NCBI GenBank assembly: GCA_944385395.1 | Contig: CALWXA010000082.1 | Location: 16,385 to 80,384 of the forward strand | Direction: 5' to 3' | Source: an uncultured Oscillospiraceae bacterium | GTDB taxonomy: Bacteria; Bacillota; Clostridia; Oscillospirales; Oscillospiraceae | DNA length: 64,000 nucleotides | Shown here: positions 1 through 9,741 of the stretch, one piece after another | How the letters are laid out: each line of letters begins with the position of its first letter | How positions within the stretch are numbered: the first letter of the stretch is position 1 | Translations under genes and position numbers: made by a program | The notes under the pieces: model-generated | Databases searched by the model: none | What the model was told of the DNA's origin: nothing | Seen by the model: only the letters and a program-made list of their open reading frames with translations

Positions 1-1
1 C

Positions 2-166
2 CAAACCCAGGGCAGCTACCTGACCTTTGCCCTGTCGGGTACGGAAACGGCGGTGGCGCTGGAATACCATGCGTCTTTGAACTGGATCTGGGTGGTCTGC
101 GGCGGCGCCGGAGTGCTGATTCTGGCGCTGGCGGGCCGTGCCCTGCTGCGCAGGAAAAAGAAGTAA
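2..166 (+). CDS. 3' end of an unidentified protein with a hydrophobic C-terminal anchor (partial, starts before the window)
   Basis: Open frame from the window edge to TAA at 164-166. The C-terminus reads ...NWIWVVCGGAGVLILALAGRALLRRKKK*. Terminator follows at 184-218. Confidence 0.5.
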   Translation, partial: QTQGSYLTFALSGTETAVALEYHASLNWIWVVCGGAGVLILALAGRALLRRKKK

Positions 167-183
167 CAGAAAAAGTACCTGAA

Positions 184-218
184 AACAGGAGGGAACAGGG
201 AGTTCCCTCCTGTTTTTT
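184..218 (+). terminator. Rho-independent terminator
   Basis: AACAGGAGGGAAC / GTTCCCTCCTGTT 13-bp stem, 5-nt loop, then a T6 run. Confidence 0.8.
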
Positions 219-232
219 CGCCTTTTTGCGAT

Positions 233-292
233 TTTACATAGTTTTTACAAACCTTGCCTTTTGGACTTTACATAGCCGGATTACAGTATAAC
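233..292 (+). promoter_or_regulatory. Putative PhoP (Pho box) direct-repeat array plus -10 element upstream of pstS
   Basis: TTTACA at 233-238, 244-249 and 267-272, and ATTACA at 280-285, all same orientation with 11/23/13-nt spacing. TATAAC (-10-like) at 287-292. No good -35. Confidence 0.5.
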
Positions 293-344
293 CGTGGACA
301 ATGAATCACATGAAATGAAAATTCCGAAAGGGGAAGAACACAAG

Positions 345-1157
345 ATGAAAAAGATCATTGCTCTTGGACTGACTGCTCTCATGGCAGTGTCCGTACTCAC
401 CGGCTGCGGCGGCAACAGCGAGCCCCAGAAAGTTACTACCGACGGTTCCACCTCCATGGAAGAGGTCATCGGTGTGCTGGGCGAGGCGTTCCAGAACGAC
501 AGCGGCATTGAAGTTACTTACAACCCCACTGGCTCCAGCTCCGGCATCCAGGCCGTGCAGGAAGGGCGCTGCGACATTGGTCTGAGCAGCCGCGCCCTGA
601 AGGAGGAGGAGAAGAGCGCCGGACTTGCCGGCACCGTGTTGGCGTATGACGGCATTGCCATCATCGTCCATCCGGAAAATCCCATTGCTGACCTGAGCCT
701 GGAGACCATCGCCAAGATCTACACCGGCGAGATCACCAACTGGTCCGAGGTAGGCGGCAATGATGCTGAGATTGTTCTCATCGGTCGTGAGGCCGGTTCC
801 GGTACCCGGGATGGCTTCGAGTCCATCACCGGCACCGAGGAAGCCTGCCAGTACCGGCAGGAGCTGACCTCCACCGGTGACGTGATCACCGCTGTGTCCC
901 AGAACCCCGATGCCATCGGCTACGCTTCCGTGTCCGCTGTGGCTGACAAGGACAACGTCAAGGCCATCACCGTGGACGGTGTGGCTGCCAACGAGGCCAC
1001 CATCAAGGACGGCAGCTATGTGGTGCAGCGTCCCTTCGTCCTGGTGACCAAGGATGGTGAGGAGCTGAGCGAGGCGGCCCAGAAGTTCTTCGACTTCATC
1101 ACCTCCGCCGATGCCAATGAGCTCATCGCTTCTGCCGGTGTGGTATCCGCCAACTAA
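345..1157 (+). CDS. pstS: Phosphate ABC transporter substrate-binding lipoprotein PstS
   Basis: MKKIIALGLTALMAVSVLTGCGG lipobox. PstS-like GSSSGIQAV and REAGSGTRD motifs. RBS AAAGGGGAAG upstream of ATG 345. First gene of a pst operon. Confidence 0.9.
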   Translation: MKKIIALGLTALMAVSVLTGCGGNSEPQKVTTDGSTSMEEVIGVLGEAFQNDSGIEVTYNPTGSSSGIQAVQEGRCDIGLSSRALKEEEKSAGLAGTVLAYDGIAIIVHPENPIADLSLETIAKIYTGEITNWSEVGGNDAEIVLIGREAGSGTRDGFESITGTEEACQYRQELTSTGDVITAVSQNPDAIGYASVSAVADKDNVKAITVDGVAANEATIKDGSYVVQRPFVLVTKDGEELSEAAQKFFDFITSADANELIASAGVVSAN

Positions 1158-1174
1158 AGCGACGCCGAACAAAC

Positions 1175-1200
1175 AGCGGCGGCCTGTGATGGCCGCCGCT
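1175..1200 (+). other. Intra-operon GC stem-loop after pstS (partial terminator or mRNA stabiliser)
   Basis: AGCGGCGGCC tgtgat GGCCGCCGCT, a perfect 10-bp stem with only TT after it. Confidence 0.4.
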
Positions 1201-1225
1201 TTCGGCATGGAAAGGTGAACGACGT

Positions 1226-2131
1226 ATGAAACAATCCGTGAAAAGCGAAGCCTACGCCCAGCAGCGCATGAAAAGCAAACAGCGCATGGAGCGGATCATC
1301 CACGGCGTATTTCTGCTGCTGGGCCTCATTACGGTGGGATGCGTGCTGCTCATTACCTTGTACCTGGTGATCTCCGGCCTTCCCGCCATTGTGGAGATCG
1401 GCCCCGTGGACTTTTTCCTGGGCCAGGAGTGGGCCCCCACGGCAGGCGAACCGTCCTATGGTATTCTTCCCTTTATCCTCAGCAGCGTGGCCGGTACCGC
1501 TGGTGCCATTTTGCTGGGTGTGCCCATTGGCTTTATGACGGCGGTGTTCCTGTCCAAAATGGCTCCTTCCCGGCTCAAAGACGTAATGGAAGGGGCGGTG
1601 AGCCTGCTGGCAGGCATCCCCTCGGTGGTGTACGGCCTGGTGGGTATGATGGTGCTGGTCCCCGGCATCCGCAAGCTCTTCAACGTACCCGACGGCGCCA
1701 GCCTGCTGGCAGCCATCGTGGTGCTGACGGTAATGATCCTGCCGTCCATCATCAAGATGTCCGTCACGGCCCTGGACGCCGTGCCCCGGGAGTATGAAGA
1801 CGCCTCCCTGGCCCTGGGAGCCACGGCGGTGGAGACCTACTTCCGTGTCTCCGTCCCCGCCGCCAGAAGCGGCATCGCCGCAGCGGTGGTGCTGGGTGTG
1901 GGCCGCGCCATCGGCGAGGCCATGGCGGTGATGATGGTGGCGGGCAACGCCCCCAATATGCCGGGCCTGTTTGAGAGCGTCCGGTTCCTCACCACGGCGG
2001 TGGCCAGCGAGATGGCCTATTCCTCCGGCCTGCAGCGTCAGGCATTGTTTTCCATCGCCCTGGTGCTGTTTCTGTTCATTATGCTCATCAACGCCACGCT
2101 GAATTTCTTTTTGAAGCGTGAGAAGGAGTAA
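1226..2131 (+). CDS. pstC: Phosphate ABC transporter permease PstC
   Basis: 301-aa polytopic protein between pstS and pstA. PstC-like sequence throughout. Confidence 0.9.
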   Translation: MKQSVKSEAYAQQRMKSKQRMERIIHGVFLLLGLITVGCVLLITLYLVISGLPAIVEIGPVDFFLGQEWAPTAGEPSYGILPFILSSVAGTAGAILLGVPIGFMTAVFLSKMAPSRLKDVMEGAVSLLAGIPSVVYGLVGMMVLVPGIRKLFNVPDGASLLAAIVVLTVMILPSIIKMSVTALDAVPREYEDASLALGATAVETYFRVSVPAARSGIAAAVVLGVGRAIGEAMAVMMVAGNAPNMPGLFESVRFLTTAVASEMAYSSGLQRQALFSIALVLFLFIMLINATLNFFLKREKE

Positions 2132-2136
2132 GGAAT

Positions 2137-2994
2137 ATGCGGTCGAATCAACTGTCCGGGCGGCGCAAGGGCTATGACGTGCTGATGCGCAGCCTGATGA
2201 TCCTCTGTTCCGGTCTGACGGCTGCCCTGGTGCTGTTTCTGCTGGTGTACGTGCTGTCCAAGGGCCTTCCCAACGTGACCTGGGAGATGCTCTCCACCTC
2301 TCCCAGCTACCTGACCAAGCGGGTGGGCCTGCTGCCGGATATCCTCAATACCATTTATATTGTGCTGGCTACGCTGGTGATGGTGCTGCCCCTGGGTGTG
2401 GGCGCCGCCATTTACCTGACGGAGTACGCTTCCAATAAGAAGCTGGTGGCGGTCATCGAGTACGCCGCCGAGACCCTTTCCGGCATCCCCTCCATCATCT
2501 ACGGTCTGGTGGGCATGCTGATCTTTTCCAATAACATCGGCACCAGCCTCATGGCCGGCGCCATGACCCTGGTAATTATGAACCTGCCCACCATCATGCG
2601 CTCCACCCAGGAAAGCCTGAAAACGGTGCCCCAGTCCTACCGTGAGGGCGCCTTCGGCCTGGGGGCCGGCAAGTGGCGTGTGGTGCGCACGGTGGTGCTG
2701 CCCGGCTGCGTGGACGGCGTCATCACCGGCTGTATCCTGACGGTGGGCCGCATCTTGGGCGAATCTGCCGCCCTGCTGTTCACCGCCGGCTTTGCCCATG
2801 CCCTCAACGGCGTGTGGGAAGGCCTGTGGTCCCCCGGCGCCACGCTGACGGTGGCCCTGTACGTCTATGCCAAGGACCAGGGCGAATTTGAGGTGGCCTT
2901 TGCCGCCGCCGCCATTCTGATGCTCCTGACGCTGCTGATCAATCTCTCTGCGGCGCTGGTGCAGAAGCACTTTGCAAAAAGGAGAAGTTTATGA
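2137..2994 (+). CDS. pstA: Phosphate ABC transporter permease PstA
   Basis: 285-aa polytopic protein. 4-nt overlap with pstB. Confidence 0.9.
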   Translation: MRSNQLSGRRKGYDVLMRSLMILCSGLTAALVLFLLVYVLSKGLPNVTWEMLSTSPSYLTKRVGLLPDILNTIYIVLATLVMVLPLGVGAAIYLTEYASNKKLVAVIEYAAETLSGIPSIIYGLVGMLIFSNNIGTSLMAGAMTLVIMNLPTIMRSTQESLKTVPQSYREGAFGLGAGKWRVVRTVVLPGCVDGVITGCILTVGRILGESAALLFTAGFAHALNGVWEGLWSPGATLTVALYVYAKDQGEFEVAFAAAAILMLLTLLINLSAALVQKHFAKRRSL

Positions 2995-3746
2995 GCAATA
3001 TCATTACCGTTCGGGATATGTGCCTGTGGTACGGGGATCATCAGGCCCTGAAGGATGTAGCCATTGATATCCCCGAAAAGAGCATCACCGCCCTCATCGG
3101 CCCTTCCGGCTGTGGTAAATCCACCTTCCTCAAGACCCTCAACCGCATGAACGATCTGGTCCCCGGCGTGCGGATTACCGGCGACATCCGGTATGAGGAC
3201 AAGGACATCTTTTCCAAGGATGTGGATGTCAACCGCCTGCGCAAGGAAGTGGGCATGGTATTCCAGAAGCCCAATCCCTTCCCCATGAGCATTTATGACA
3301 ATATCGCCTACGGTCCCCGGACCCACGGCATTACCAATAAGGCCAAGCTGCACGAGATCGTGGAGCGTGCCCTGCGTGACGCCGCCATCTGGGACGAAGC
3401 CAAGGACCGCCTGAAGAAGAACGCCCTGGGCATGTCCGGCGGCCAGCAGCAGCGTTTGTGCATCGCCCGGGCCCTGGCGGTGCAGCCCAAGGTGCTGCTG
3501 ATGGATGAACCCACCTCCGCTCTGGACCCCATCTCCACCTCCCGCATCGAGGAGCTGGCCATAGAGCTGAAGGAGAAGTACACCATCGTCATCGTTACCC
3601 ATAACATGCAGCAGGCCGCCCGTGTTTCGGACTATACGGCGTTTTTCCTGCTGGGCGAGCTGGTGGAGACCGATACCACCGACCGTATCTTCTCCCAGCC
3701 CAAGGACAAGCGCACGGAAGATTACATCACCGGCCGGTTCGGATAA
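2991..3746 (+). CDS. pstB: Phosphate ABC transporter ATP-binding protein PstB
   Basis: Walker [10 protein letters not shown], signature MSGGQQQRL, Walker [12 protein letters not shown]. Confidence 0.95.
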   Translation: MSNIITVRDMCLWYGDHQALKDVAIDIPEKSITALIGPSGCGKSTFLKTLNRMNDLVPGVRITGDIRYEDKDIFSKDVDVNRLRKEVGMVFQKPNPFPMSIYDNIAYGPRTHGITNKAKLHEIVERALRDAAIWDEAKDRLKKNALGMSGGQQQRLCIARALAVQPKVLLMDEPTSALDPISTSRIEELAIELKEKYTIVIVTHNMQQAARVSDYTAFFLLGELVETDTTDRIFSQPKDKRTEDYITGRFG

Positions 3747-3755
3747 GGAGGGCAT

Positions 3756-4400
3756 ATGAGAAGCAGATTTGATGAACAGCTCCAGCAGCTGAACAAGAAA
3801 ATGATCGAGATGGGTGCCATGTGCGAAGAGCTCATCGCCCTGGCCGCCAAGGCTCTGATGGCGGCGGATACGGACCTGGCCGCCCGGGTGAAGGCCCAGG
3901 GCGTGGACATTGACCAGATGGAGCGTGAGATCGAGAGCTTGTGCATGAAGCTGCTGCTGCACCAGCAGCCGGTGGCCGGGGACCTGCGGCAGATCTCTGC
4001 GGCGCTGAAAATGGTGACGGACATGGAGCGCATCGGCGACCAGGCGGAGGATATCGCCGAGCTGGTGCGGTACCTGCCGGACCACCCCCTGGAGGATGCA
4101 GACCTCATTGCCGAAATGGCCCGCTCCACTATCTCCATGGTGACAGGCAGCATCGACGCCTATGTGAAGCAGGATGTGACCCTGGCCTCCCGGGTGCTGG
4201 AGCAGGACGACGCTGTGGATGATTATTTCCTGAAAATGAAGAACAGCATCATCCGGCATATCGCCCAGCATCCCCAGGAGGGCGAATTTGCTCTTGACCT
4301 TTTGATGATTTCCAAGTATTTTGAACGTATCGGAGATCATGCCACCAACATTGCCGAGTGGGTGATCTATTCTGTTACCGGCGTACACAAGGGGGTCTGA
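3756..4400 (+). CDS. phoU: Phosphate signalling regulator PhoU
   Basis: Two PhoU repeats (MERIGDQAEDIAE and FERIGDHATNIAEW). Sits directly after pstB. Confidence 0.9.
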   Translation: MRSRFDEQLQQLNKKMIEMGAMCEELIALAAKALMAADTDLAARVKAQGVDIDQMEREIESLCMKLLLHQQPVAGDLRQISAALKMVTDMERIGDQAEDIAELVRYLPDHPLEDADLIAEMARSTISMVTGSIDAYVKQDVTLASRVLEQDDAVDDYFLKMKNSIIRHIAQHPQEGEFALDLLMISKYFERIGDHATNIAEWVIYSVTGVHKGV

Positions 4401-4402
4401 CG

Positions 4403-5083
4403 ATGGTTTGGTGCGTGGAAGATGACGCCAGCATCCGTGATATTGAGCTTTATGCCCTGCGCTCTGCGGGCTTTGCCGTCCGGGGCTTTGAAGACGGCCT
4501 GTCCTTCTGGCAGGCCCTGCAGCAAGAGCAGCCGGATATGGTGATCCTGGACGTGATGGTCCCTGGCATGGATGGCGTGGAGCTTCTGGGCAAGATGAAG
4601 CGTGACCCGGCCCTCAGCGCCATCCCGGTGATGATGGCCACCGCCAAGGGTACGGAGTACGACAAGATCAAGAGCCTGGACCTGGGCGCCGATGACTATC
4701 TGGTCAAGCCCTTCGGCATGATGGAGATGGTCTCCCGGGTGAAGGCGGTGCTGCGCCGGTGCCGTCCGGCAGGCAGCGCCAAGCTGCTGCAGGCCGGCGG
4801 CCTGGTGATGAATCCCGAGGAATATACCGTCACCGCCGACGGTCAGCGGATCATGCTGACCTATAAGGAGTTTGAACTGCTGCGCCTGTTCCTCAGCCAT
4901 CCGGGCATCGCCTATACCCGTGAGCAGCTGTATGAGCAGGTGTGGAAGATGACCTACATGGGCGACAGCCGCACTCTGGATATGCACATCCGCACCCTGC
5001 GCCAGAAGCTGGGCGGGTACGGCAAGCTTATCGAAACGGTGCGCCATGTAGGCTACCGGCTGGAGGTGCCCCATGGCCAGTAA
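4403..5083 (+). CDS. phoP: OmpR-family response regulator (PhoP/PhoB-like)
   Basis: Receiver domain (VEDD...ILDVMVPGMDG...K) plus winged helix (TLDMHIRTLRQKL...VGYRL). ATG 4403 chosen because the longer ORF from 4358 overlaps phoU. Confidence 0.85.
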   Translation: MVWCVEDDASIRDIELYALRSAGFAVRGFEDGLSFWQALQQEQPDMVILDVMVPGMDGVELLGKMKRDPALSAIPVMMATAKGTEYDKIKSLDLGADDYLVKPFGMMEMVSRVKAVLRRCRPAGSAKLLQAGGLVMNPEEYTVTADGQRIMLTYKEFELLRLFLSHPGIAYTREQLYEQVWKMTYMGDSRTLDMHIRTLRQKLGGYGKLIETVRHVGYRLEVPHGQ

Positions 5084-6728
5084 GATTTTTCGTTCCACCC
5101 TGGGCGCAGCCCTGGCGGTGCTGCTGGCCAGCCTGGTGGTGTTCACCGGATTTCTCTATGACTATTTCGGCAACCTCCAGAGCCGGCAGCTCCAGGATGA
5201 GCTGAGCCTGGCCGCCGCCGGTACGGAGCAGCTGGGAGAAGCCTACCTGGAGCAGCTGGACTCTGATCGCTATCGCCTGACCTGGGTGGCCGCCGACGGT
5301 ACCGTGCTCTTTGATAACCAGGCCGACGCTGCCACCATGGAGAACCACGGCCAGCGTGAGGAGATCCTCCAGGCCCTGACCTATGGTTCCGGCGGCTCGG
5401 TGCGCTATTCCGATACCCTGACCCAGAAAATCATCTATGAGGCGGTGCGCCTTGCTGACGGTACGGTGCTGCGGATCTCTGTCAGCCGCGCCACGGCAGG
5501 CTTGCTGGTGCTGGGGATGCTGCATCCCATTGCACTGGTGCTGATCCTGGCGGTGGTGCTGTCCGCCGTGCTGGCCCGCCGCCTGGCCCGCCGTGTCACC
5601 CGCCCCCTCAACGAGCTGGATCTGGAGCACCCCATGGAGAACAATACCTATGAGGAACTCTCGCCCCTGCTCTACCGGATCCATACCCAGCACCAGCAGA
5701 TCCAGCTGCAGCTGCAGGACCTGCAGCGCCGCCAGGATGAATTCCGCCAGATCACCGAGCATATGCAGGAAGGGCTGGTGCTGCTGGACCAGAAGGGCTG
5801 CGTGGTGAGCATCAACCATGCCGCCCGTCAGCTGTTCCGTGTGGAAGGGGATTGTACCGGCGCAGACTTTTTGACCCTGGAACGGGGCCACGAGATGCGC
5901 CAGGCCCTGGCCCGGGCTGCCGACGAAGGCCACAGCCAGTTCTGCCAGCGCTGCGGCGGCCGGGAATACCAGTTCGACCTCAGCTCCATCCGGTCCGAGG
6001 GCAGCGTCCACGGTACGGTGATCCTGGCCTTTGACGTTACCGACCAGGTGGATGCCGAGCGCAACCGCCGGGAATTTACCGCCAACGTGTCCCACGAGCT
6101 GAAAACGCCGCTGCAGTCCATCATCGGCTCGGCGGAGCTGATGGAAAACGGCATCGTACAGCCCCAGGATGTGCCCCGCTTCATCGGCCATATCCGCCGG
6201 GAAGCCACCCGTCTGGTGACGCTGATCGAGGATATCATCCGCCTCAGTCAGCTGGACGAAGGCGGCGAAATGCCCCGGGAAGAGGTGGCACTGCTGCCTC
6301 TGGCCCGTGAGGTGTGCGAGAGCCTGCAGCAGGAGGCGGGGGAGAAGAACGTTGCCCTGACCGTCACCGGCGATGAAGACGCCCGGGTGGAGGGCGTGCG
6401 CCGTCTCCTCTTTGAAGTGATCTATAACCTGTGCGATAACGCCATCAAGTATAACCATCCCGGCGGCCATGTGGACGTGAGCGTCCGGTCCCTGGAAGGG
6501 CGTGTGGAGCTGCAGGTCCGTGATGACGGCATCGGCATTGCCCCGGAGCACCAGGATAAGGTGTTCCAGCGGTTCTACCGGGTGGATAAGAGCCATTCCA
6601 AGCAGTCCGGCGGTACCGGGCTGGGCCTTTCCATCGTCAAGCATGCCGTGCAGTACCACCACGGCCGGCTTTCCCTGGACAGCACCCCCGGAAAAGGAAC
6701 TACGATTACCGTTACATTGGAAGCCTGA
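5073..6728 (+). CDS. phoR: Sensor histidine kinase (PhoR-like)
   Basis: Two TM segments, H-box FTANVSHELKTPL, and an ATPase domain with DDGIGI and GGTGLGLSIVK. Overlaps the regulator gene by 11 nt. Confidence 0.9.
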   Translation: MASKIFRSTLGAALAVLLASLVVFTGFLYDYFGNLQSRQLQDELSLAAAGTEQLGEAYLEQLDSDRYRLTWVAADGTVLFDNQADAATMENHGQREEILQALTYGSGGSVRYSDTLTQKIIYEAVRLADGTVLRISVSRATAGLLVLGMLHPIALVLILAVVLSAVLARRLARRVTRPLNELDLEHPMENNTYEELSPLLYRIHTQHQQIQLQLQDLQRRQDEFRQITEHMQEGLVLLDQKGCVVSINHAARQLFRVEGDCTGADFLTLERGHEMRQALARAADEGHSQFCQRCGGREYQFDLSSIRSEGSVHGTVILAFDVTDQVDAERNRREFTANVSHELKTPLQSIIGSAELMENGIVQPQDVPRFIGHIRREATRLVTLIEDIIRLSQLDEGGEMPREEVALLPLAREVCESLQQEAGEKNVALTVTGDEDARVEGVRRLLFEVIYNLCDNAIKYNHPGGHVDVSVRSLEGRVELQVRDDGIGIAPEHQDKVFQRFYRVDKSHSKQSGGTGLGLSIVKHAVQYHHGRLSLDSTPGKGTTITVTLEA

Positions 6729-6735
6729 CGGCTGT

Positions 6736-6770
6736 GCCGCCCTGCCGAAAAAGGCAGGGCGGCTTTTTTT
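6736..6770 (+). terminator. Rho-independent terminator of the pst-pho operon
   Basis: GCCGCCCTGCC gaaaaa GGCAGGGCGGC followed by T7. Confidence 0.85.
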
Positions 6771-6853
6771 GCCGCAAAGGTTCGAACTGCGGCGAAAATT
6801 GCCGCCGCCCAAACCCTTGAAACGGAAAAACTGCCATTTATACCCAATCCAAA

Positions 6854-6914
6854 AGATTTTTCATGGAAGTGTGAAGATTTTTCTATCGTTTTTTCATGCG
6901 CCGGCAGATACAAT
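6854..6914 (+). promoter_or_regulatory. Direct-repeat motif plus -10 upstream of the mgl-type operon (candidate activator sites)
   Basis: AGATTTTTC at 6854-6862 and 6875-6883 (21-nt period). Related GTTTTTTC at 6888-6895. TACAAT at 6909-6914 with no consensus -35. Confidence 0.35.
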
Positions 6915-6982
6915 AGACACGCTGAGGGGATAAGCCCTCTGTGAAGATCTGATAAAGATCCCTGAAATTGTAAGGAGGAAAA

Positions 6983-8083
6983 ATGATGAAAAAGATTCTC
7001 GCTTTGATCCTGACCATCGTGATGGCTCTGGGCATCCTGGCCGGCTGCGGCCAGCAGACCGGCGGCGGCGACGGTGACAAGGACGCCCTGAAGGTAGACG
7101 TGTTCTACTATGACTATTCCGATGTTTACATCACCAGCGTGCGTACCGAGCTGGATAAGCAGCTCACTGCTCTGGGAGTCAACTACACCGACTACGATGC
7201 TGCCGGCTCCCAGCCCACCCAGACCGACCTGGTGAAGTCCGCCATCGCTGACAACTCCGACCTGCTGATCGTCAACATCGTGGAGACCGCTACTTCCGCT
7301 CCCGCTCAGGACATCGTGGATGCCGCCAAGGCTGCCGATATCCCCGTGATCTTCTTCAACCGCGAAGTGGCTGACGAGGTCGTCAACAGCTATGAGAAGT
7401 GCGCCTTCGTGGGCACCAACGCTCCTGACGCCGGCCACATGCAGGGCGAGATGATCGGTAAGTACCTGCTGGAGAACTATGACGCTGTGGACCTGAACGG
7501 CGACGGTGTCATCTCCTACGTGATGTTCAAGGGCCAGGAAGGCAACGCCGAGGCTGAGGCCCGCACCCAGTTCGCTGTGGAAGATGCCAACAAGCTGCTG
7601 ACCGCTGAGGGCAAGCCCGAGCTGGCTTACTACGATGCCAACGCTACCACCAAGTACCTGGTGGACACCGACGGCAAGTGGAGCGCCACTGCTGCCAACA
7701 ACTACATGACCACCCTGCTGGGCAACTACAACAAGGACAACAACAACATGGTTGAGCTGATCATCTGCAACAACGACGGCATGGCCGAGGGCGCCATCTC
7801 CGCTCTGCAGAACGTGGGCTACAACAACGGCGAAGGCACCACCATCATCCCCGTGTTCGGCGTGGACGCCACCGATTCCGCCAAGGCCCTGATCAAGGCC
7901 GGCAACATGACCGGTTCCATCAAGCAGGATGCCGTGGGTATGGCCAGCACCATCAACACCCTGGTGAAGAACGTGGTGGACGGCGCTGAGCTGATGGCCA
8001 ACACCGACCAGTACACCGTGGACGAGACCGTGGCCAAGATCCGCGTTCCCTACGGCGTGTACGATGCCAGCAGCGAGGAGTAA
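6983..8083 (+). CDS. mglB: Sugar (galactose/glucose-type) ABC transporter substrate-binding lipoprotein
   Basis: Lipobox ILAGCGQ. Type-1 periplasmic binding protein with MglB-like blocks (IPVIFFNRE, GDGVISYVMFKGQEGN, NNDGMAEGAI). Confidence 0.85.
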   Translation: MMKKILALILTIVMALGILAGCGQQTGGGDGDKDALKVDVFYYDYSDVYITSVRTELDKQLTALGVNYTDYDAAGSQPTQTDLVKSAIADNSDLLIVNIVETATSAPAQDIVDAAKAADIPVIFFNREVADEVVNSYEKCAFVGTNAPDAGHMQGEMIGKYLLENYDAVDLNGDGVISYVMFKGQEGNAEAEARTQFAVEDANKLLTAEGKPELAYYDANATTKYLVDTDGKWSATAANNYMTTLLGNYNKDNNNMVELIICNNDGMAEGAISALQNVGYNNGEGTTIIPVFGVDATDSAKALIKAGNMTGSIKQDAVGMASTINTLVKNVVDGAELMANTDQYTVDETVAKIRVPYGVYDASSEE

Positions 8084-8117
8084 TTGCCTGACCCCCTCGC
8101 CCTGAACGGCAAGAATC

Positions 8118-8152
8118 AGCGGGCGGGGCTGCAGCGAGCAGCCCCGCCCGCT
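8118..8152 (+). other. Intra-operon stem-loop after the binding-protein gene
   Basis: AGCGGGCGGGGCTGC agcga GCAGCCCCGCCCGCT, a perfect 15-bp stem with no T-run. Confidence 0.5.
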
Positions 8153-8226
8153 ATAAATGACTGGGGAGAGGCGCCGCCTCTTCCGGCAAAGGAACCTGAG
8201 AGAAGAAAACTGAGAGGAGGAATACT

Positions 8227-9726
8227 ATGGAGCAGCCGGTACTGCTGGAAATGCAGGGCATCACCAAGGAGTTCCCCGGTGTCAAGGCCCTGGACAACGT
8301 GAACCTGACGGTCCGTGCCGGAACGGTCCATGCCCTGATGGGTGAAAACGGCGCCGGTAAATCCACGCTGATGAAGTGCCTGTTCGGTATTTACCACCGT
8401 GACGGCGGCACAATCAAGCTGGAAGGCAAGGAAGTACATTTCAAAAGCTCCAAGGACGCTTTGGAAAACGGCGTGGCCATGGTGCATCAGGAGCTGAACC
8501 AGGCCCTGACCCGCAGCGTCCAGGACAACCTGTGGCTGGGCCGCTATCCCAAGGTGGCCGGGCTCATGGTCAACGAAGGGGAGATGGCCCGCCGTACCCG
8601 TGAGATTTTCGATACCCTGGAGGTCACCGTCAATCCCAAGGCCATCATGTCCACCCTGCCGGTATCCCAGCGGCAGATGGTGGAGATCGCCAAGGCCGTC
8701 AGCTATGATTCCAAGATCATCGTGTTCGATGAGCCCACTTCGTCCCTGACGGAGACGGAGGTAGAGCACCTGTTCCGCATCATCGACATGCTGAAGAAAA
8801 AGGGCTGCGGCATCATTTACATCAGCCATAAGATGGAGGAGATCCTGCGCATCAGCGACGAGGTCACCATCATGCGGGACGGTCAGTGGGTGGCCACCCG
8901 GGATGCCAAGGATCTGACCATGGAGGAGATCATCCGCCTGATGGTGGGCCGTGAGCTCACCAACCGCTTCCCGCCCAAGACCAACAAGCCCGGTGAAGTG
9001 ATTCTGGATGTGCAGCATATCGCAGGCAAGTATACCCGCCTGAAGGATGCTTCCTTCCAGCAGCGCAAGGGCGAGATCCTGGGCATCGCCGGTCTGGACG
9101 GCTCCGGCCGTACCGAGGTGCTGGAGAACCTGTTCGGCGCCATGACCCGTGAGGGCGGCACCATCACCCTCCACGGCAAGGAGATCCAGAACCGCAATCC
9201 CCGCCAGGCCATCAAGAACGGCTTTGCCCTTCTGACGGAGGAGCGCCGGGCCACCGGTATCTTCGGCATCCGTGACATCAAGGACAATACCGTCATTTCC
9301 AACCTGAAGGGTTATCTGTTGGGCGGCATCTGCCTGAGCGAGAAGAAGATGCGTCAGGACACGGACTGGTCCATCCAGGCCATGCACATCAAGACGCCTG
9401 CCCAGCACACCCAGATCCGGTCTCTCTCCGGCGGCAACCAGCAGAAGGTCATTATCGGCCGCTGGCTGCTCACCAAGCCGGAGATCCTGCTGCTGGACGA
9501 GCCTACCCGCGGTATCGACGTAGGCGCCAAATATGAGATCTATCAACTGATTCTTGACCTTGCCAATGAAGGCAAGGGCGTCATCATGGTATCCTCCGAA
9601 ATGCCGGAGCTGCTGGGCGTGTGCGACCGGATTCTGGTGATGTCCGGCGGCCGGGTAGCCGGTGAGGTGGACGCCAGAACCACCAGCCAGGAGGAGATCC
9701 TGACCCTGGCGGCCAAATATGTGTAA
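8227..9726 (+). CDS. mglA: Sugar ABC transporter ATP-binding protein (duplicated NBD, MglA-type)
   Basis: Walker [10 protein letters not shown] in the first NBD. Degenerate GLDGSGRTE and signature LSGGNQQKV in the second. Confidence 0.9.
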   Translation: MEQPVLLEMQGITKEFPGVKALDNVNLTVRAGTVHALMGENGAGKSTLMKCLFGIYHRDGGTIKLEGKEVHFKSSKDALENGVAMVHQELNQALTRSVQDNLWLGRYPKVAGLMVNEGEMARRTREIFDTLEVTVNPKAIMSTLPVSQRQMVEIAKAVSYDSKIIVFDEPTSSLTETEVEHLFRIIDMLKKKGCGIIYISHKMEEILRISDEVTIMRDGQWVATRDAKDLTMEEIIRLMVGRELTNRFPPKTNKPGEVILDVQHIAGKYTRLKDASFQQRKGEILGIAGLDGSGRTEVLENLFGAMTREGGTITLHGKEIQNRNPRQAIKNGFALLTEERRATGIFGIRDIKDNTVISNLKGYLLGGICLSEKKMRQDTDWSIQAMHIKTPAQHTQIRSLSGGNQQKVIIGRWLLTKPEILLLDEPTRGIDVGAKYEIYQLILDLANEGKGVIMVSSEMPELLGVCDRILVMSGGRVAGEVDARTTSQEEILTLAAKYV

Positions 9727-9741
9727 AAGGAGGAGAAATCC

